64,000 nucleotides of DNA from Octopus sinensis (taxonomy: Eukaryota), in assembly GCF_006345805.1 (NCBI RefSeq), contig NC_042999.1, forward strand, positions 36,332,001-36,396,000. Reading direction: 5' to 3'. Shown piece after piece: positions 61,408 to 64,000 of the stretch (positions are counted from its first letter, which is position 1; the number at the start of each line of letters is the position of its first letter). A model generated the notes under the pieces. The model was not told the DNA's origin. It saw only the letters and a list, made by a program, of their open reading frames with translations, and ran no database searches. The translations under genes and the position numbers were made by a program.

Positions 61408-62598
61408 TTAAACCACAACTTACAGTCTTAAAAAGGAGGCAAATATTGGAAAACTTTACACTTGCTACAATATCACTATCATCATTTGATGTGCACTTTT
61501 CCATGCTTGCATGTGTCAGACGGAATTTCTGTCAGACAGATTTTCTAACCCTAACCCTCCCTGTTGCCAAGCAAGGTAATATTTTTCTATACCTAGACAT
61601 GTTTTACATGGAAAACTGGGAATGAATAACCTCGCTTGTATGACTATGATGTTCATTTACAACCATGCCATGATGTGTAGGTTTGGATAGACAAACACAA
61701 GCACAGACATACACATGCACAGACACACACTCATACACATAAACATACACACACATAAATGTACACACACACCAACATGGACAGATAGATATGCAATCAT
61801 GCACACACACACACACACACACAATTGTACATACATATGATGAGCTTTCAGTTTCTGTCTACCAATTCCACTCACAAGGCTTTGGTCAGCCTGGAGCTGT
61901 AATAGAAAACACTTATCCAAGGTGCCATGCAGTGGGACTGAACCCAAAATTATGTGGTTGGAAAGGAAACTTCTTACCTACATTAATATGTAAAAGTTAT
62001 GATATATCGTTTATACAAGAAAAATAAAGGTCATTATTTTCTGTGGCTTGGCATAATGACCTTCAAGTGGTCAACAGTGGATTGGTATGCAATGCAGCTA
62101 TGACACAAACATTGTAAATATCATTGATAAGTCAGTAGAAATAACGGATTAGTTCTACATTTCAGGTGACCTAAAAAGTATTGGTGGAATATAGATTAGA
62201 ATTCATTGTTACTGAAGATTAGAGAATAATGTTTTGAGTTTATACAGAGATTATAGTTCCTCATGGAAATCTTACTGTATGGGGTCAGAGTAATGGTGCT
62301 ATATAGTAAGAAAGAGAAAACAGAGATGATAAATGGTTTTTCAAATGGCTGGACAAGAATAGACGAATATGCTATAATGTCATAGTTCGGAAGATTAAGA
62401 TAAGAGGGTAATTCTTATTTTGAAAGGAAGTAATATCAAGTGTGAAGAAATGTGAATAAGTGGTTGATTCTAGACAAGCTTTAGACTAATAATGATATGA
62501 TGTTTGGTAACGATCTGTCACTTGTGTATTTATGAGATGAAATAATTCACAAGCTGAATAGCTGCTGAAGAAATAATCTTCAAGAAGTCAGCTGAGAA

Positions 62599-63390
62599 AT
62601 GGTTATTTTGCAGTATGTTCATAACTTGGCAATATGAATAGGAAGTAGTAGAAGCCGTAAGTTGTGTTTGTATAGTAAGGATTCTATAACCCAAGAAACT
62701 GACTTTTAGTTTTGAAGGTTTATCTTATTCTCCAGTTTTTTTAGGGTTTCTTGTTTTACAATCTGCCCTAATTGAGCAGGCTTACAATCTATAATCAAAG
62801 AAGTCATTCCAGCTTTGTCCAATGTATTTTTCCTTTTTATTATTAATAGGGTGCAAGCTGGCAGAATCGTTAACACACTGGGCAGAATGCTTAGTGATAT
62901 TTCATCTGTCTTTGTGTTCTGAGTTCAACTTTTGCCGAGGTCAACTTTTCCTGTCATCCTTTTAGAATCAATAAAATAAGTACCAGTTGAACATGGTTAT
63001 TTTGTAGTCATTTTCATAACTTGGAAGTATAAATAGGAAGTAGTAGAAGCAAACGGTTATGTTTGTATAGTAAGGGTTCTATGACTTAGAAAGCTGACTT
63101 TTATAGTTTTTTTGAAGATTCATTCTTCAGCTTTCTGAGGGTTTCTTTTTTTTTTTACAGTCTACCCTAATTGAACAGATCTATAATAAAAGAAATCATT
63201 CCAGCTTTGTCCAACGTATCCTTTTTTATTATTAATAGGGTGTAAGACAGTGAGCTGGCAGAATCATTATCATGCTGGGCAAAATGCTTAGCAATATTGT
63301 GTCTGTCTTTACATTCCGATTTCAAATTCTGCCGAGGTTGACTTTGCCTCTCATCCTTCCAGTGTTCATAAAATAAGTACCAGTTGAACA
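62599..63390 (+). repeat. Old diverged ~395-bp tandem duplication
   Basis: TTCATAACTTGG..ATAGGAAGTAGTAGAAGC at 62618 and 63013; each unit ends in a family A SINE. Confidence 0.8.
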
Positions 63391-63665
63391 CTGGAGTCAA
63401 TGTAATCAACTTACCTCCCTCTCCCCTAAAATTGCTGGCCTTGTGCCAAAATATAAAACCATTATTAATAGGGTGTGATTTCAAGGATGTTAGGCTGCTA
63501 TTTCTAATAAGCCTAATGATTGTGTAGAGATTCAGTTGTGGAATCAAAGATTTATATCACTGGAAAAAGTTTTTGTTTCCGTTACAATAAATTTTCCCTG
63601 CATTGATATATTCCAAATTTGACATGGTTTCTTTTATTTTTCCAGATCTCAAATATCTTGTCGAA

Positions 63666-64000
63666 ATGTCTGACTTCAAGGAATGGTTGCTGACCACAGG
63701 ACACCAGTTTCTTAAATGGTCTGACAATGAAAGGAACCAAACTCTTGACCATTTAATCTCCATCAGCAGTAGTTCCCAGTTAGTTTACCTAGCACAACTT
63801 TTGCCAACATTAGTATATCGAGATTTTTTCAGATTACTTCCAAAAGAAATTTCTACCATTATCACAAGATACCTCGATGCTAAATCTATTCTTAATTGTC
63901 TATTAGTGAGTCGACATTGGTATCAGCTCCTTAACTCCCTGCCTGAAGTCTGGCGCCACTGTTGTCGGCTGCATTATATCAAAGTTGACTCTTCACCGCA
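63666..64000 (+). CDS. FBXW2: F-box/WD repeat protein 2-like, first coding exon (runs off window end)
   Basis: Acceptor ttccAG| ending 63645, ATG at 63666. MSDFKEWLLTTGHQFLKWSDNERNQTLDHLISISSSSQLVYLAQLLPTLVYRDFFRLLPKEISTIITRYLDAKSILNCLLVSRHWYQLLNSLPEVWRHCC contains an F-box and resembles human FBXW2 (DFETWL..NETLDHLISLS..RDFLKLLPLEL..EVW). Confidence 0.85.
   Translation, partial: MSDFKEWLLTTGHQFLKWSDNERNQTLDHLISISSSSQLVYLAQLLPTLVYRDFFRLLPKEISTIITRYLDAKSILNCLLVSRHWYQLLNSLPEVWRHCCRLHYIKVDSSP

Overview
Repeat-rich, AT-rich animal genomic DNA, most likely a coleoid cephalopod (Octopus); this is inferred from the SINE/LINE repertoire, not proven. Genes: 13 coding exons of cytoplasmic aspartyl-tRNA synthetase (DARS1, + strand, 9939-36367; the first coding exon was not found in the window), an intact tRNA-Ser(GCT) on the - strand (42902-42983), and the first coding exon of an FBXW2-like F-box gene (63666 to the window end). 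The rest is mostly transposon-derived: RTE, Proto2/RTE-group, CR1 and CRE LINE remnants, a Penelope-type GIY-YIG remnant, tRNA-derived SINEs, Tc1/mariner elements, piggyBac-like MITEs, a non-autonomous Helitron, solo LTRs and local duplications. The most unusual signal is four sequence-unrelated short repeat families that each fold into a minimal type-I hammerhead ribozyme topology. They include a G3:C8 core-swapped variant inside a 287-bp near-perfect palindrome in a DARS1 intron, and a tRNA-headed SINE-like element carrying a hammerhead-like motif. All folds were read by eye; no activity is demonstrated.
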